A DNA stretch of 64,000 bases. Origin: Chiloscyllium plagiosum. Lineage: Eukaryota. Location of the stretch: the NCBI RefSeq assembly GCF_004010195.1, contig NC_057718.1:13628553-13692552 (forward strand), given 5' to 3'. The notes beneath the pieces were generated by a model. It was not told where the DNA came from. It saw only the letters and a program-made list of their open reading frames with translations, and did no database searches. Position numbers and translations under genes: made by a program. Positions 25,475-39,789 of the stretch are shown piece by piece. How positions within the stretch are numbered: the first letter of the stretch is position 1; every line of letters starts with the position of its first letter.

Positions 25475-27120
25475 GCAGACAGATGTTGAGGTTCGGGATA
25501 GATGTTTGATTACTCTACTCTAGGTCAAGTCAGTATAAGGAGAAAGTGTTGGGTATTCTAAAAGGCATTAAGATGGACAGGTCCCCAGGTCTGGATGGGA
25601 TCTATCCCAGGTTACTAAGGGAAGTGAGAGAGGAAAGAGCTGGGGCCTTAACAGATACTTTTACAGCATTCTTGAAGTCTGGCAAGGTCCCAGAGACTGG
25701 AAAATTGCTAATGTTGTCCCCTTGTTTAAGAAGGCTAACAGAGGTAATTATAGAACCTGTGAACCCTATGACAGTGGTAGGGAAGCTGCTGGAGAAGAAA
25801 CTGAGGGATAGGATCTATTCCCATTTGGAAGAAAATGGGCTTGTCAGTGATAGGCAACATGCTTTTTTGCAGGGTGGGTCATGTCTTGCCAGACTTCTTT
25901 GAGGACGTGACAAAGTTGTTTGAAGGAAGGCTGTAGATGTCATACGTGGACTTCAGTAAGGCATTTGATAAGGTTCCCCATAGTAGGCTGATGGAGAAGG
26001 TGAAGTTGCATGGGACGCAGGGTGCACTAGCTAAATAGATAGAGAACTGGCTGGGCAACAGGAAGCAGTGATTAGTAGTGGAAGGGAGTTTCTCAAAATG
26101 GAGACCTGTGACCCAAGTGGTATTCCACAGGGATCTGTGCTGGAACCACTGTTGTTTGCGATTTTATATAAATGATCTGGAGGAAGGTATAGATGGTCTG
26201 ATTAGTAAGTTTGCAGATGACACTAGAATTGGTGGAGTTGCAGATAGTGAAGGGGACTGTCAGAGAATACAGCAGAATATAGATTGGAGTTGGGCAGAGA
26301 AATAGCAGATAGCGTTCAATACGGGCAAATACAAGGTGATGTATTTTGGAAGATGCAATTCAAGGATGAACTGTACAGTAAATGAAAAGGTCTGGGGAAA
26401 ATTGATGTACAGAGAGATCTGGGTGTTTGGGTTCATTGTTCCCTGAAGGTGGCAATGCAGGTCAATAGAGTGGTTAAGGAGGCATACAACATGCTTTCCT
26501 TCATCAGATGGGGTATTGAGTACAAAAGTTGACAGGTCATGTTACAGTTGTACAGGACTTTGGTTCGGCCACATTTGGAATACTGTGTACAGTTCTGGTT
26601 GCCAAATTACCAAAAGGATGTGGCTCCTTTGGAGAGGTTGCATTGGAGGTTCACTAGGATATTGCCTGGAATGGAGGGCGCTAGCTATGAAGAGAGGTTG
26701 AGTATATTAGGATTATTTTCATTAGAAAGACTGAAGTTGAGGGGGGGGGGGGGAGGACATGATTGAGGTCTACAAAATCATGAGAGACAGCTTCTTGCTA
26801 TTCACCCTGTCTTTTTCCCAGAATGGGGGGCTCAGTTACTAGGGGTCATTAGTTCAAAGTGAGAGGGGAAAAGTTTAGGGGAGATACATGTGGAAAGTTC
26901 TTTACGCAGAGGGCGGTGGGTGCATGGAACATGTTGCCATTAGAGGTGGGCACGATAGCGTCATTTAAGATGTATCTAGACAGATACATGAATGGGCAGG
27001 GAACAAAGGGATACAGATCCTTAGAAAATAGGCGACATGTTTAGATGGAGGATCTGGATCGGCACAGACTTGAAGGGCCAAAGGGCCTGTTCCTGTGCTG
27101 TAATTTTCTTTGTTCTTTTG
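25475..27120 (+). mobile_element. CR1 LINE ORF2 3' part
   Basis: [35 protein letters not shown] and FFTQR..W motifs, followed by a CR1-type 3' UTR. Confidence 0.88.
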
Positions 27121-28011
27121 TACTGTGTCAGTGCTCTCGAAGTGGTATCCTTTATGTTGAGGAGAGAGAATGCCAACTTGCGGAACATTTCAGGGAACAT
27201 CTCTAGCACACACATCAAACAACCCCACCGCTGTGTGGTCGACCACTTCAACTCCCTTTCCCGCCACCAAAGACATGCAAGTCCTTGGCCACCACCACTG
27301 CCAAATCCAAGCCACCCCAAATCTGGAGAAAGAATGCCTCATCTTCTGCCTTGGGACACGGCAGCAACATCAACTTCACCAGTTTCCTTATCTCCCCTCC
27401 TCCTACCTCATCCCAGATCCAACCCTTCAACTTGCACCACCCTCTTGAACTGTCCTGTCTGTCTATATTTCCTCCCACCTATCTTTCCACTCTCTGACTT
27501 TTCACTATCACCCCCCCACCTGCATCTATGCCTGAACATTGACTCTCCTGCTCCTCGGTTGCTGCCTGACCTGCTGTGCTTTTCCAGCGCCACACTTTTG
27601 ACTGTAAGTATTATGGCTACAAGAGCAGGTCAAAGGCTAGTATCCTAGGCCCAACCATCTTCAGTTACTTTATCAGTGACTTCCATCCATCATTAAGTCG
27701 AAAGCAGCGATGTTTGCACAATATTCACCACTCAGCAATGACTATTTAACATAATAATTTTGTATTGGGGACTAATATTTTTATCTGTAATGAGGTAAGC
27801 TTTAATTGTTTTGCATACACTGTAAGTTTGCTGCTGTTAAGATATTTTCTGAACAACCCTATTCAGAGATGTTGTTACACAGTCTTGAGCAGATGAGACT
27901 TGAACCTCCTGGCTCAGCGATGTGGACATTCTTACTACACCACAAGAACTCTTTGAGTGTGGTGTTCGTTTGAAAATGATATCAATTATTATTATGGTTA
28001 AACGGTTGTCA

Positions 28012-28636
28012 TAAGGCATTTGGTATGCTTTCCTTTATTGGTCTGAGTACAGGAGTTGGGAGGTCATGTTGTGGCTGTACAGGATATTGGTTAGGCCACT
28101 GTTGGAATATTGCATGCAGTTGTGGTCTCCTTCCTATCAGAAAGATGTTGTGAAAGTTGAAAGGGTTCAGAAAAGATTTACAAGGATGTTGCCAGGGTTA
28201 GAGGATTTGAGCTATAGGGAGAGGCTGAACAGGCTGGGTCTATTTTCCCTGGAGCATTGGAGGCTGAGGGGTGACCTTATAGAGGTTGATTAAATTATGA
28301 GGATAAATAGGCAAAGTCTTTTCCCTGTGATCGGGGAGTCCAGAACTAGAGGGCATAGTTTCAGGGTAAGAGGGGAAAGATATAAAAGAGACCTAAGGAG
28401 CAACGTTTTCACGCAGAGGGTGGTATGTGTATGGAATGAGCTGCCAGAAGATGAGGTGGGGGCTGGTACAACTGCAACATTTAAGAGGCATTTGGATGGA
28501 TATAGGAATAGGAAGGGTTTGGAGGGATATGGGCCGGGTGCTGGCAGCTGGGACTAGATTGGGTTGGGATATCTGGTCGGCATGGACGGGTTGGACCGAA
28601 GGATCTGTTTCCATGCTGGATATGTCTATGACTCTA
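28012..28636 (+). mobile_element. CR1/HER1-type LINE 3' fragment
   Basis: LVRPLLEYC.Q.WSP and RGH.FRVRG motifs, tail ctatgactcta. Confidence 0.88.
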
Positions 28637-31246
28637 AATTGCTTTATGACTGCTACCTGCCTTGTTCTCTGACATGAAATTGGTGCTTGACTTTTTTTTT
28701 TATTAATTTTTGCTTTTTGTCTTAAATCCTGTTCCAGATCCCAGTTTTTTTTTTAATATTGTTTTAATGTTTCAGTATCTACCAGTAGAATAGTCATGAG
28801 GCACACTATATCCTTGAAGTGCAAAGCTATTTCACTGATGGGATGAATATAATATTTACTGAGCACTCCCTAAGTAGTTTGTTGAACATTTTGAGATTGC
28901 ACATTGGCCAAATTTATTTATTATTATGAAAGTAAAAATATACAGATTACTTGCACTAAATATGAAATAATCAAAGTATTTAAAAAAACTTCAGTGTTTC
29001 AACACCCACTTAGTAATGCTTTCTTATAAGGAGGAATGATATTTTTTTTGAAGCACTGTTGGACCTTATCATGCAATTAGCAAAACTAACTGCCATGAAC
29101 TGCTATAGTCCACGTATTGTAGGTTTATCCCCAATGCCCTCGGAGGAAATGCCAGACTTTTGACCCAGTGACTGTGAAGGAATAGCGATATATTTCTAAA
29201 TCAGGGCGGTGAGTGGCGGCGAGGGGAAACTTGCAGGTGGTGCTATAGTTGTCCTTCTAGTTGGAAGTGGTTGTGGGTTTGGAAGGTGCTTTGATGTATT
29301 TCTGCAGTGCAACTTGCAAGTAGTACACAGTGCTACTATGGAACATTTTGGAGGCAGAGGGAATGGATGCTTTTGGATGTGGTACTAGTCAAGTTGGCTG
29401 CTTTACCCTTATTGGTGTCCAGCTTCTTGAGTGTCATTGGAACTACACCCACCTAGACAGGTGGGGAATATTCCATCACTGACTTGTGCCCTGTAGACTG
29501 GCAGGTTGTGGGGAGTGAAGAGGTGATTAATCACCGCATTATGGCTGGATTCAGCAATTATGTCACTGGTGGAAGAGACTCGAGGGGCTGAATGCTCTAC
29601 ACTGTGTTCCTATTTGAAGTAACTCCACAAAAGGCCAGCATCCTGTCACCAAATCACTCTTTGATTTACATGTGCATAGTACATGACACTGACCCAGCCA
29701 TCATAGAGCCAGCACCTGGAGTGAACAGAACCTCTGACACATTTTTTTATTTTGTCAAACAATACACAGTTTACAAAACAATTAACATTAACAGCTGTAT
29801 ACAGAGAAACAGCAATTTTACAAGGGAGAGGATTGGTAAAGCTAGGCCCCAAACCCTACCGTTCAACAAATGAGGAACCTCCAATCCCAGTTTCAATCAT
29901 TTATAAAACCGTAACAATGACATTTGTACATAAGACAGTCCAACTACATAAAAAGTGCATACAATACAGACCCCCAGAAACCCAGCAAGCTCCCCCATCC
30001 CTCCCATCTTCCGGCCATTTTAAGGCAGTCCGCCTCTATGCCCCTTCTGGCTCTTAGTCCACCCCATGCCCCTTTCAGTTCTCAGTCCGCCCTGACACAG
30101 TCCAGTTTTTTTTTCTTTTTTTTTGTTCTATTTATTTTACTCCCACACTATCTAACTGTGGTAATGCTTATTTTCACTCTAGTTTTTATTTTTTTTAATC
30201 CCCGGTTTATTTATTTATTTTCTGTGAATCTCCTGGTTATATTAACCCCCACACTACTGCCTAACTGCGGTAGTGCTTACACTCTAGTTTTTAGCTTGTC
30301 AGACAGGGCTCCCTGATTGGGGCCATTAATCTGGTCCAATCAGGAAACCCATCCAAAGAGATCCACCTGGCTGACCTCATTCCAATCACTACATCATGAT
30401 TTTTTTTTTTCCCCTTTAAATAAAATTACTTTGTAAACCATTTTTAGTATAAAGATGTTAAGTTATGAACTGAGGCCAATCGTGTCTCCTCTTGAAATCT
30501 AACGACTGGAATCAAACTCTACTTGAATTCAGGTGGATTTTGTATGCAGGCTACGTTCTTTGACGTTCAGAGATTGTAAGTGATATCAAAACCTAGTAGG
30601 ACTTTGACTTGGTCAGCTATGGTAGTGTTTCCAGGAAACACTTTAAACTTTATTTTTGAAATAAAGTTTAATACGTTGGTTGTGGTCCATTCTACATAGT
30701 AAAATGAACAGTTACAAAAAACATGAAGGAAAAGAAAGTGAAGATTAAAAAAGAGTTAATGAGCAGCTAAAGCATCTCCTGCTTACTTGAGACCTTATAG
30801 TGTTGTGTTGTTCAAGGAATAGCACAGTTACCCGAGTCTTGTTGGGGGCTTAAGTTAAATTCAGAAACCCGAGCAAAATCCAGACGGAGTTCAATGCAGC
30901 ATGGAGGGATTGCTGCACTTTAAGGTTTATGATTGGATAAATTGATGTGTTCTCGGGGTCGTAAAGATTTGTTACACTATCCAAAGAAGAGCAGGAAACC
31001 TTTTCCACAGAATACTATTCAAGATGATCATTGATTATCTGGTCGCTGCCCATCGCTGTTTGTTGGACTTTGCTATGTGGAAATTACTTGCTACATTATA
31101 GCAGTGACCAAGCTTTAAAAGCACTTAACTGATTTGTAAAGCACACAGCAGTGAGGTCATGCAAGATACTATGCATGTAACAAAATTTAATTGTGTTTTT
31201 CCATGTATCTTGTAACAAAAACATCATTTCGTAACTTTCTATTTAG

Positions 31247-31297
31247 GATATTACATGGCAAGATGAGCACTCCGCTCCGTTCTCTTGGGAAACTAAG
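31247..31297 (+). CDS. C1orf198: C1orf198 homologue, coding exon 2 (DITWQDEHSAPFSWETK)
   Basis: Acceptor ttctatttag|, donor AAG|gtaaac, 51 nt in frame. Peptide nearly identical to the conserved DLTWQDEHSAPFSWETK motif. Too short for the ORF track. Confidence 0.93.
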
Positions 31298-31914
31298 GTA
31301 AACTATCCCATCTTCCATTATCATAGGAAAGATTGATCATTTGTTTCCATGCATAGCATGTATAAAATAAAATTGTGTTAAATATACATCTGTTTTGCCC
31401 TCAATAACCTGAGCTTTTATTTGTGCCTTATTTTGATATACAAATTATAGTTATCATCAAAAAATAAATGCAACTGAAATGTGCTTAAACCATTATAACA
31501 TTAAAACACACATTTGAGGTTTCTAAATGACATTTGAGAAATGAATTAATTCAACTAATAACATTTAATAACAATGTTTCTGATCTTAAGGGCACAGGTG
31601 TAATTGATATTGTGGCAAACCATGATGTTTTGTCCTTTTTATTACAGACAAAGTGATGCAGTGACAGCAAGTTACCTGGCATGCCTGTTTTGTATGACAT
31701 AGATTGGGGTTCTCAAGCCTTTTCTTTTGAGGTCCCTTTCACTGTCATGTTTCAAAAAAAAATCAAGTTTTTTTTTAAATATACAATTAAACATTGGTAT
31801 TAATTTGTTAATGTGAAAATTGGTTTCTGGTGCTGATCAACAATTCTGTCATTAAATGGAAGTATCGTTGGCAATGCATGTGCATGTCTTTAGTGGCTCC
31901 ATCCTTTGTATTCA

Positions 31915-32644
31915 TTGAATTCCTGGCACCTTCCCTTGCAACCACAAGAAGTGCAAAACTTGCGCCCACACCTCTTCTTCCCCCCCCCCCCCCCACCTTC
32001 CCTCCAAGGCCCCAATGGATCCTTCCATCGCAAATTCACCAGTACCTCCACACACATCATTTACTATATCCGCTGCACCCGATGTGGTCTCCTCTACATT
32101 GGGGAGACAGGCCGCCTACTTGCGGAACGTTTCAGGGAACACCTCTGGGACATCCGCACAAACCAACCCAACCGTCCCGTGGCTGAACACTTTAACTCCC
32201 CCTCCCACTCCGTCAAGGACATGCAGGTCCTTGACCACCTCCATGTCCAGACCCTGGCCACATGACGCCTGGAGGAAGAGCGCCTTATCTTCTGCCTAGG
32301 AACCCTCCAACCACACAGAATCAATGTAGATTTCTCCAGCTTCCTCATTTTCCCCTCCCCCCACTTTATCTCAGTCCCAACCCCTTGATTCAGCACCGTG
32401 CTCTTGACCTGCAATCTTCTTTCCGACCTCTCCGCCCCCACCCCTTCTCCAGCCTATCTCCCTCACCCTCACCTCCTTCCACCTATCGTATTCCCAGCCC
32501 CCTCCCCACACTACCTTGTATCTCAGCCCGCTTGGCACACCAGCCTCATTCCTGAAGAAGGGCTTATGCCTGAAACGTTGATTCTCCTGCTCCTCGGATG
32601 CTGCCTGGCCTGCTGTGTTTTTCCAGCACCACACTTTTCAACTC
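31915..32644 (+). mobile_element. PLE (Neptune-type) GIY-YIG and 3' end
   Basis: C..KKCKTC linker, IIYYIRCTRCGLLYIGETGR..ERF.EH, LEEE.LIF.LGTLQP. Hammerhead motif at 32548-32584 with the triplet decayed to GTT. Confidence 0.88.
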
Positions 32645-34030
32645 TTTTCTTTGCATTGTCAACCATGGCTCAGTTGGTAACACTCAGTTGGCATTCTTGA
32701 GTTACACGGCTGTAGGATTTAAGTCCTATTCCAGACTGTGAATATCAAAATCGAGGCTGATGCTCCAGTACCAAGGGAGTGCCAGGGTGTTGAACATGCC
32801 ATCTTTAAGGTGAGACTAAAAACTGGGTGTAAAGGATCCTCAAAGCTATTTCTATTTTTCTCTTTTTTTGGCCACCATTTATACCACAAACAACATCACA
32901 AAACTGGATCATCTGATTGAATTACTTTTTGTGGGAGTTTACTTTGCACAACTTGGCTGCTGCATTTCCTAAATTACAAAAATCTCTCCTTTCCAAAAAA
33001 TATTTTAATGGATATAAAGCACTTTGGGATATCTAATGATCATGAGAGATGCTAAATAAAGGAAATTTTTTATTGCAAAAATGATATTTAAGTTGGTTGT
33101 TCAAGATGAGGCCATCACTTTTGATGCCACATTGAGTTGCACCAGGGCTAACGTGAACTTACTTCGTGTTATTTGTGCACACACGGAACAAGGGTGACTG
33201 GATGGCATTCAGGACTGGGAATTCTACCAGATGTTGGAGACATTATTATTGGCATTAATCATAGGATAGCCAACTGAGTGCAGATCAGGACCTGTGTTAA
33301 TATCTGATTGGATTTTGTATTTCCCAGTGATTCAGTGGAGGTTTATAATAGATCTTGATAGCATTTATTCTCAGTTATCATTAAACAAGGACTCCCTATA
33401 CCACATCAGATATTGTTTGTACCAACAGTCTTTATTCACCCCATTTCATGTTTAAATTGTAGTTAATTATGTTCAATGGCTACACCTGGATGCAAATACA
33501 AACTCAAGTGACAGTTGCTCATGTAATTACTTAGCAGTAAAAGAAAAAATAAGTTGATTTAAAAACTAAAGGTTAGGGTATTCAATTGGGCAATATATTT
33601 AAATACAATTTATTTAAAGGATCTTGTGGTAGTGTCCTGACCTCGGCCAGAAGATCCACGTACCAAGCTTGTGGGGCTTAATGTCCTGTTTTTGCTTCTG
33701 TTCCATATGTCCACGAATGTTTCCAGATACCAAGAGTAATGGCCTGGTGACAACAGACTAAAAGCCCGTTATAGCAACTAGTAGAATTTAACTTGGTAAA
33801 AATCAGGGATGTAAATTTAGTCTTAATGGTTACCATGAGACTGTAATTAATTAATCATAATAACGCATCTGATTCTCCAATGCTATTTTAAGGGAAGGAA
33901 ATTTACAGTTTCTACATATGACCCCAGACCTGCAGTAATGTGATTTATTCTTTCTTGCCCATGAAGCCACACGATTGCACCAAACCAGCGCAGAAAAATA
34001 ATTTTAAAAATGACCAGACAGACCATCAGT

Positions 34031-35059
34031 TCAAAGTTTGTGCGAAGATTTGTAGCTCGGATGCTCGTTGTTATGGTTCTGTTCGCCGAGCTGGAAGTTT
34101 TTGTTGCAAACGTTTCGTCCCCTGGCTAGGCGACATCATCAGTGCTTGGGAGCCTCCTGCGAAGCGCTTCTTTGATGTTTCCTCCGGTGTTTATAGTGGT
34201 CTGTCCCTGCCGCTTCCGGTTGTCAGTTTCAGCTGTCCGCTGTAGTGGTTGGTATATTGGGTCCAGGTCGATGTGTTTGTTGATGGAGTTTGTGGATGAA
34301 TGCCATGCCTCTAGGAATTCCCTGGCTGTTCTATCATCGGGCAAGCCAGACAGAGTAGTGTTGTCCCAGTCGAATTCATGTTGCTTGTTGTCTGCGTGTG
34401 TGGCTACTAAGGATAGCTGGTCGTGTCGTTTCGTGGCTAGTTGATGTTCATGTATGCGGATTGTTAGCTGTCTTCCTGTTTGTCCTATATAGTGTTTTGT
34501 ACAGTCCTTGCATGGGATTTTGTACACTACATTAGTTTTGCTCATATTGGGTATCGGGTACCAGAACGAAGGACCCGATACCCAACATGACCAAAACTAA
34601 TGTAGTGTACAAAATACCATGCAAGGACTGCACAAAACACTATATAAGACAAACAGGAAGACAGCTAACAATCCGCATAAATGAACATCAACTAGCCCGA
34701 AACGACATGACCAGCTATCCTTAGTAGCCACACACACAGACAACAAACAACATGAATTCGACTGGGACAACACTACTATCATAGGGCAAACCAGACAAAG
34801 AACAATCAGGGAATTCCTAGAGGCATGGCATTCATCCACAAACTCCATCAACAAACACATCGACCTGGACCCAATATACCAACCACTACAGCGGACAGCT
34901 GAAACTGACAACCGGAAGCGGCAGGGACAGACCACTATAAACACCGGAGGAAACATCAAAGAAGTGCTTCGCAGGAGGCTCCCAAGCACTGATGTCGCCT
35001 AGCCAGGGGACGAAACGTTTGCAACAAAAACTTCCAGCTCGGCGAACAGAACCACAACA
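34031..35059. mobile_element. Palindromic Poseidon-type PLE insertion (about 490-bp arms) in C1orf198 intron 2
   Basis: TSD GACCATCAGT at 34021-34030 and 35060-35069. GIY-YIG coding sequence on both arms. Centre at about 34560-34572. Confidence 0.93.
34106..34145 (-). ncRNA. Minimal hammerhead ribozyme motif
   Basis: Minus strand GCA-CTGATGA-T-GTCGCCT(AGCC)AGGGGAC-GAAAC-GTT-TGC (GUU triplet). The partner on the + arm (about 34986-35022) has a 3-nt deletion in the core. Confidence 0.7.
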
Positions 35060-36852
35060 GACCATCAGTTGTCAACTTAGGCATTGAAAATAACAGCAGC
35101 AAATCCAACTCTGCAAAGACCTCCATAACAACATTTTAGTGCTAAAATTGGAAGGGCTGAGCACTAGACCGGTCATGAAATATATTACTATGCACAAAAT
35201 CTTAGCTTGTATTCAATGTTTGCCCCCACAAATCTCTTCCGCTCTTTTCTCCCCTCTTTCCTGTCACCCCCCCCCAACTTCCTACTGTCAGTACTGCTCC
35301 ACGTTGAGCATCACTTGGAGGAAGCACTGACAACAGCAAGATAATTTGTTCTGAGGTTGAGGACTTTACTGCTCTTCATCAGAGTGGATGCTTCTTAAGC
35401 CAGAAGCGCCAAGTCAGACCATCTCCACCTCCTTCAGATGTCCCCAGCTTCTCCGATGTCCGTCTTCTGTCAATTTGATTCACTCCATGTGATATTAGCT
35501 GAAGGCATTGGATACTGCAAAGGCTGTGGGTGCTGTCAGCATCCTGTCATTAGTATTGAAGACTTGGGCTCTAGAATGAGCTGCATCCTGAGCCAAGCTG
35601 CTTGAGAGCTACAGGGCATTTACTTGATGGTGGAAAATGTGACTGAATTAGACCAGCGACTTACTGTGGCCATGTGAGCAGAGCAAAGACTCAGAATTCT
35701 GAGGCGAGAGATCATTTCTTAATTCTCTAGTGCCTGCTTTGGCACAAGCAAAGAGGGGAATATTGTCCTCCTGAGTGCAGTGCTAACAACACAAGCTCTG
35801 CATTATCCAGGACAAAGCAGCCTGCTTGATTATCTCCCCATCCACCACCTTAAATATTCGCTTCTTTGTCCACTGTTGCATATTGTACCGACTGCAGGAT
35901 GCATGGGAGAATTGACTTCTTTCAATAACTTCTTTCAAAAATCCATGACCTCCACCACATAGGCAATGTACTAAGCATGCAGGAACCCCTCCAACTGCAT
36001 GATCCTCTAAATTACACATTACTTCTAACTTCCAAGGATTTTTTCTTTATTATCCATTTGTGGGATGAAAGCATTGCTGACTGGCCAGCATTTATTGCTA
36101 ATCCCTAGTTGGCTTTTGAGAAGATGTTTGAGCTGCCTTCTTGACCTATTGCTAAGTGAGTTGACCCACAATACATTTGGGGAGAGAATTCCAGGATTTT
36201 AATCCAGTGACAGTGAAGGAACAGCAATATATTTCCAAGTCAGGATTGAGAGTGGCTTGGAGAGGAACTGTCAGGTGGCAGTCTTCCTATATATCTGCTG
36301 CCCTTATCCTTCCAGATGGAAGTAGTTGTGGAATGTTACCATTCCTTCAGAAACCTGTCAGATAGAGGACACTTCTGCTCTATGACTTCCCATGTTTAAT
36401 TGTTTGAGATTGAGTTCAAAATTGTTGCAGTTGTTTTGTTTTGGCTTCATATTATTCCATAGAAACTGCTGTTTGCCAGACATTCCATTTTTAATGACAG
36501 AATATGGTTAATATGCTGCTTTCACTAGTAAGATTTATAGAAAGGTACTTTTCCATTTTAAAGAAAATTTGATGTTTTCTAGGAAGATTTTTTTGAACTA
36601 TTATTTTGCAGATTGATTGTACAGTCAATCTTGACAGCAAAAACCTGAGATCACACAAGGCTCAGAATGCCTAACAAGACCAATCCATCATTGGTCACAA
36701 ACGCTTATTTGCAGTCTCTTAGGAAAAATCTTATTTTTAAAAAAAAAATTCCATCAAATTTAAATTTCCCTATTGACTTTCAACTGATGAAGTATTTTGC
36801 CTTCAATTCATGTTTCTCTTTTTCATAAGGGCAAATAATTTATCAATTTCAG

Positions 36853-37449
36853 AGTCAGATGGAATTCAATTTTGCCTCCATTGCTGCTTCTGAACAAGGA
36901 GTTTCTATACAAAGTGAACAACGGCAACCTGTCAAGACATCCCAAGGAAATCACCAACTTAAAACACCCCAAGTAGGGCTGCCAACCAAACCATTGCAAA
37001 ATGGAAAGACACCAAGCATAGATGGTCTTACACAAGTCAGAAAAGAAGAGTCGTCCTCCTTCTGGAAACTGAGTAATGAAAGATCCAGGCTGGAGGGCGA
37101 ACAGTCTGATTATCAGTATGTAACCCCAAGTCAGATTAAGTCAATGGAGAAAGGGGAAAAGCCACTTGCTTCCTACTTAAGACAAGAATCATTATCTAAG
37201 GATAAAGATGAAAATAAAGCTGAGAAACCTAGGGTGAAGAAGCAGGAACGAATAATCAACACCAACGTCTCATCAGTGTTTATTGACTTGGATAGGCCAC
37301 GGACAAACCAGCCTTCAGTCAGTGTATGTGATGATATTTCCACTCATGGCCATACTGAGAAATCTCCAGATAAAAAGACTGTTTCAAAGGAATCTGTAGA
37401 TGAAGAGCGAGATGACTCCTGTGCGTCTGATGCACCATTGTTCTCACAG
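36853..37449 (+). CDS. C1orf198: C1orf198 homologue, coding exon 3 (199 codons)
   Basis: Acceptor tttcag|AGTCAGATG (SQMEF), conserved RKEESSSFWK and TPSQIKSMEKGEK, donor CAG|gtaagg at 37450. Phase 0 at both ends. Confidence 0.93.
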
Positions 37450-39789
37450 GTAAGGTTTACTGTCAATGACATAAATTACTGAGAATTTTTATTGGGCACA
37501 ACAGTAACTTTATCTGTGTGCAGACTGAGTAAAAGGCAAGCCATGAGGAGGGTTTTTTAATTGAGCACTGAGTCTTGTAATTCTTCACCCAAGGGTTTTG
37601 TAAGCTCAGTCATGTAAGGAATTTCAAGATAAGAGATTGATAAGTTTCTGGTTCCTGATGACATCAAGGGAGATGGAAATATTATGTTGAGTGAGAATGA
37701 TCAGCCATGATCTAGAATGGTGGAGTAGGCTGAAGGGGCTGAATGGCCTCCTGCTTCTTTGTTACTCTGTGGACAATATCAAACTGACTGGTGACATTTT
37801 AAGGGACTGAAAATGACATACCGTTGCAATGTAGTTAATAAATGATATTGATCAAAAATGTAGAGAAAAGGGAATTCTGTTTTGAGTCACTTTTCTTCCT
37901 TGTAGAGGATGTTTTTGAAAATTTGTGGCCAAATAGGTTAAAAATGAAAGCAAACACTTAAATATGTAGTCAGGAAAATTCTTAATCGTTCTTTGGTACT
38001 AAAGAACTGCAAAATTTCTAATATTTCTCCAGTACATTTTGGTTCAGCTTTTGCCTTTCAGTCATCAGGCCAATTCAGAAACTACTAAACTCAAGGTAAA
38101 TGATGTTTATACTGAGAAGAAAATACTGATTGGTTGGTAAGTGGACTCCAGTAGATGCATTGCCGTGGTGAATGAATCAGCTAATGACCATTGCAAGTAT
38201 ACAAGAACTGTTTGCCCTTCTGTCTGTGAATGAGGAGATCTGGGTTCAAGTCCCAACAGCTTCAAACATGTGTAATAATCTAGCCAAACAGATTGATATC
38301 TACAAAAACTATGCTAAAGAAGCCTGTGGTGGCACAGAAGTTGTGTCCCTATCTGGGACGCCAGCTAGGAGGCCAGGGATCAATTTCTACTTGTACCAGA
38401 TGTGTTACATGTCTGAGGTAGGGTGACTGGAAAATGCCTAATCAGTCTGCTGACAACCACTTTAAAATTATCAATTGAACTTGGTATGTCATATATATTG
38501 AAGTACAGGGTCCTGTTTTTTTTTTGCCAACACAAAAGTTAAATAGTCAATAGCCATTTTCTCGTTCATTTCTCAGGCAATGCTTTGCCCTTTGAGTCAA
38601 CTGGCCTGTTAACTGACAGTTGTTACTGATGTGTGTAATCTCCATGGCAACTGACCTCTACCAATAAGAGTCCAATTTACAACCAATTACTCCTATCATA
38701 CTATGAATTTAAAAGAGAAAACAAGTTCAGAGTGTAAGATAAAAGGTTTCAACAAAATGTCTTTCAGTAACATTTTAAGTTATTTTTCTTGAAACAATCC
38801 AGGAATTCAAAATCCTTGATTTGATCTCCCCAGGATCTTGGCACACCATAGCGGATCCCCAAACTTTAAATTCTCTAACCATTTTTATGCAACTGACTAG
38901 TTATTGTTCCCCTCAGTCATAGAATCATGGAGCACGGAAACAGACCCTTTTGCCCAACTCGCCCATGCTGACTAAGTTTCCCAAACTAAGTTTGTCTCAC
39001 TTTCTTGTGTTTTGGTCCATATCCCCCTAAGATGTGGAAAATCCATTGTTTTGGACAACCTTTTTGGTAATCCATTTCGACATTACCTGGCTGACCGTCA
39101 ATTCTTTATTTCCACTGAGAAGTGACCAGAGTGTTAAAAGTTGATTATAATCGCTCATTCTTATGGTCAGCTAATTATCCTTTTCAATGCTGGTTATAAA
39201 ACATAACTAAGGGACTGTAACTGAACAGACTTCATAGGTGACATGGAAGTGCTTGAGGCATGTGCAGTGTTTTTTTTTTAAACTTTGTTCTGTACATATG
39301 CTTTTTGTTTTCTTAACTGTCTTTGCTTATCAGTGCTAATGGTTTGCTGTATTTACAAACTGTGCGAAGAGCTTCATTAGATTGGGTTGGGATATCTGGT
39401 CAGCGTGGACAGGTTGGACTGAAGGGTCTGTTTCCATGTTGTACATCTGACTCTATTTGAAGCATGAACCATTAGTTTCCACACTAAATTCTAATTAATA
39501 CTGTAATTAAGGAATAATAGATTAGAGACTGCATCTTGCATTCTTCACTCATTGGGGTCACTTTTTAATACTTACAATCAGACAACTGACTATAAATTTA
39601 TATAGGCAGATGTAAAAAGCAAAGAAATATCTAATTGTTGCTTTGTTGAGCTGTTCTGCAGATTTCCTAAGCTGCAAGAGAACACAGTCTGTTCTCTAAA
39701 GCTTGAGAAATGTATTATCTATTTTTGTTAAAATGCAGTGTCCAATAAAAACATTCCAACTTATTATAATTTTAAAATCATTCCAGTAA

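Larger units (their letters stand above)
23555..27602. mobile_element. Head-to-head PLE (minus arm about 23555-24148; plus arm with RT from about 24150 and GIY-YIG/3' end 27120-27602) containing nested insertions
   Basis: Plus arm: FYLLPKINKP..RSIVS, QGVAMGPS, CYIDDC. Minus arm: EEECLIF.FGTLQ plus a degenerate hammerhead at 23622-23657. Interrupted by a mini fold-back (24784-24879) and a CR1 (25475-27120). Confidence 0.75.

Noticed and set aside
29740..30290. Poly(T)-headed segment with short internal repeats, possibly an L1/Tx1 3' end
   Set aside because: No coding motif recognised, so the family cannot be assigned without a database search.
26740..31994. Long G run (about 26740) and C run (about 31980)
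   Set aside because: Homopolymer expansions inside decayed retroelements, or sequencing slippage. No evidence of function.
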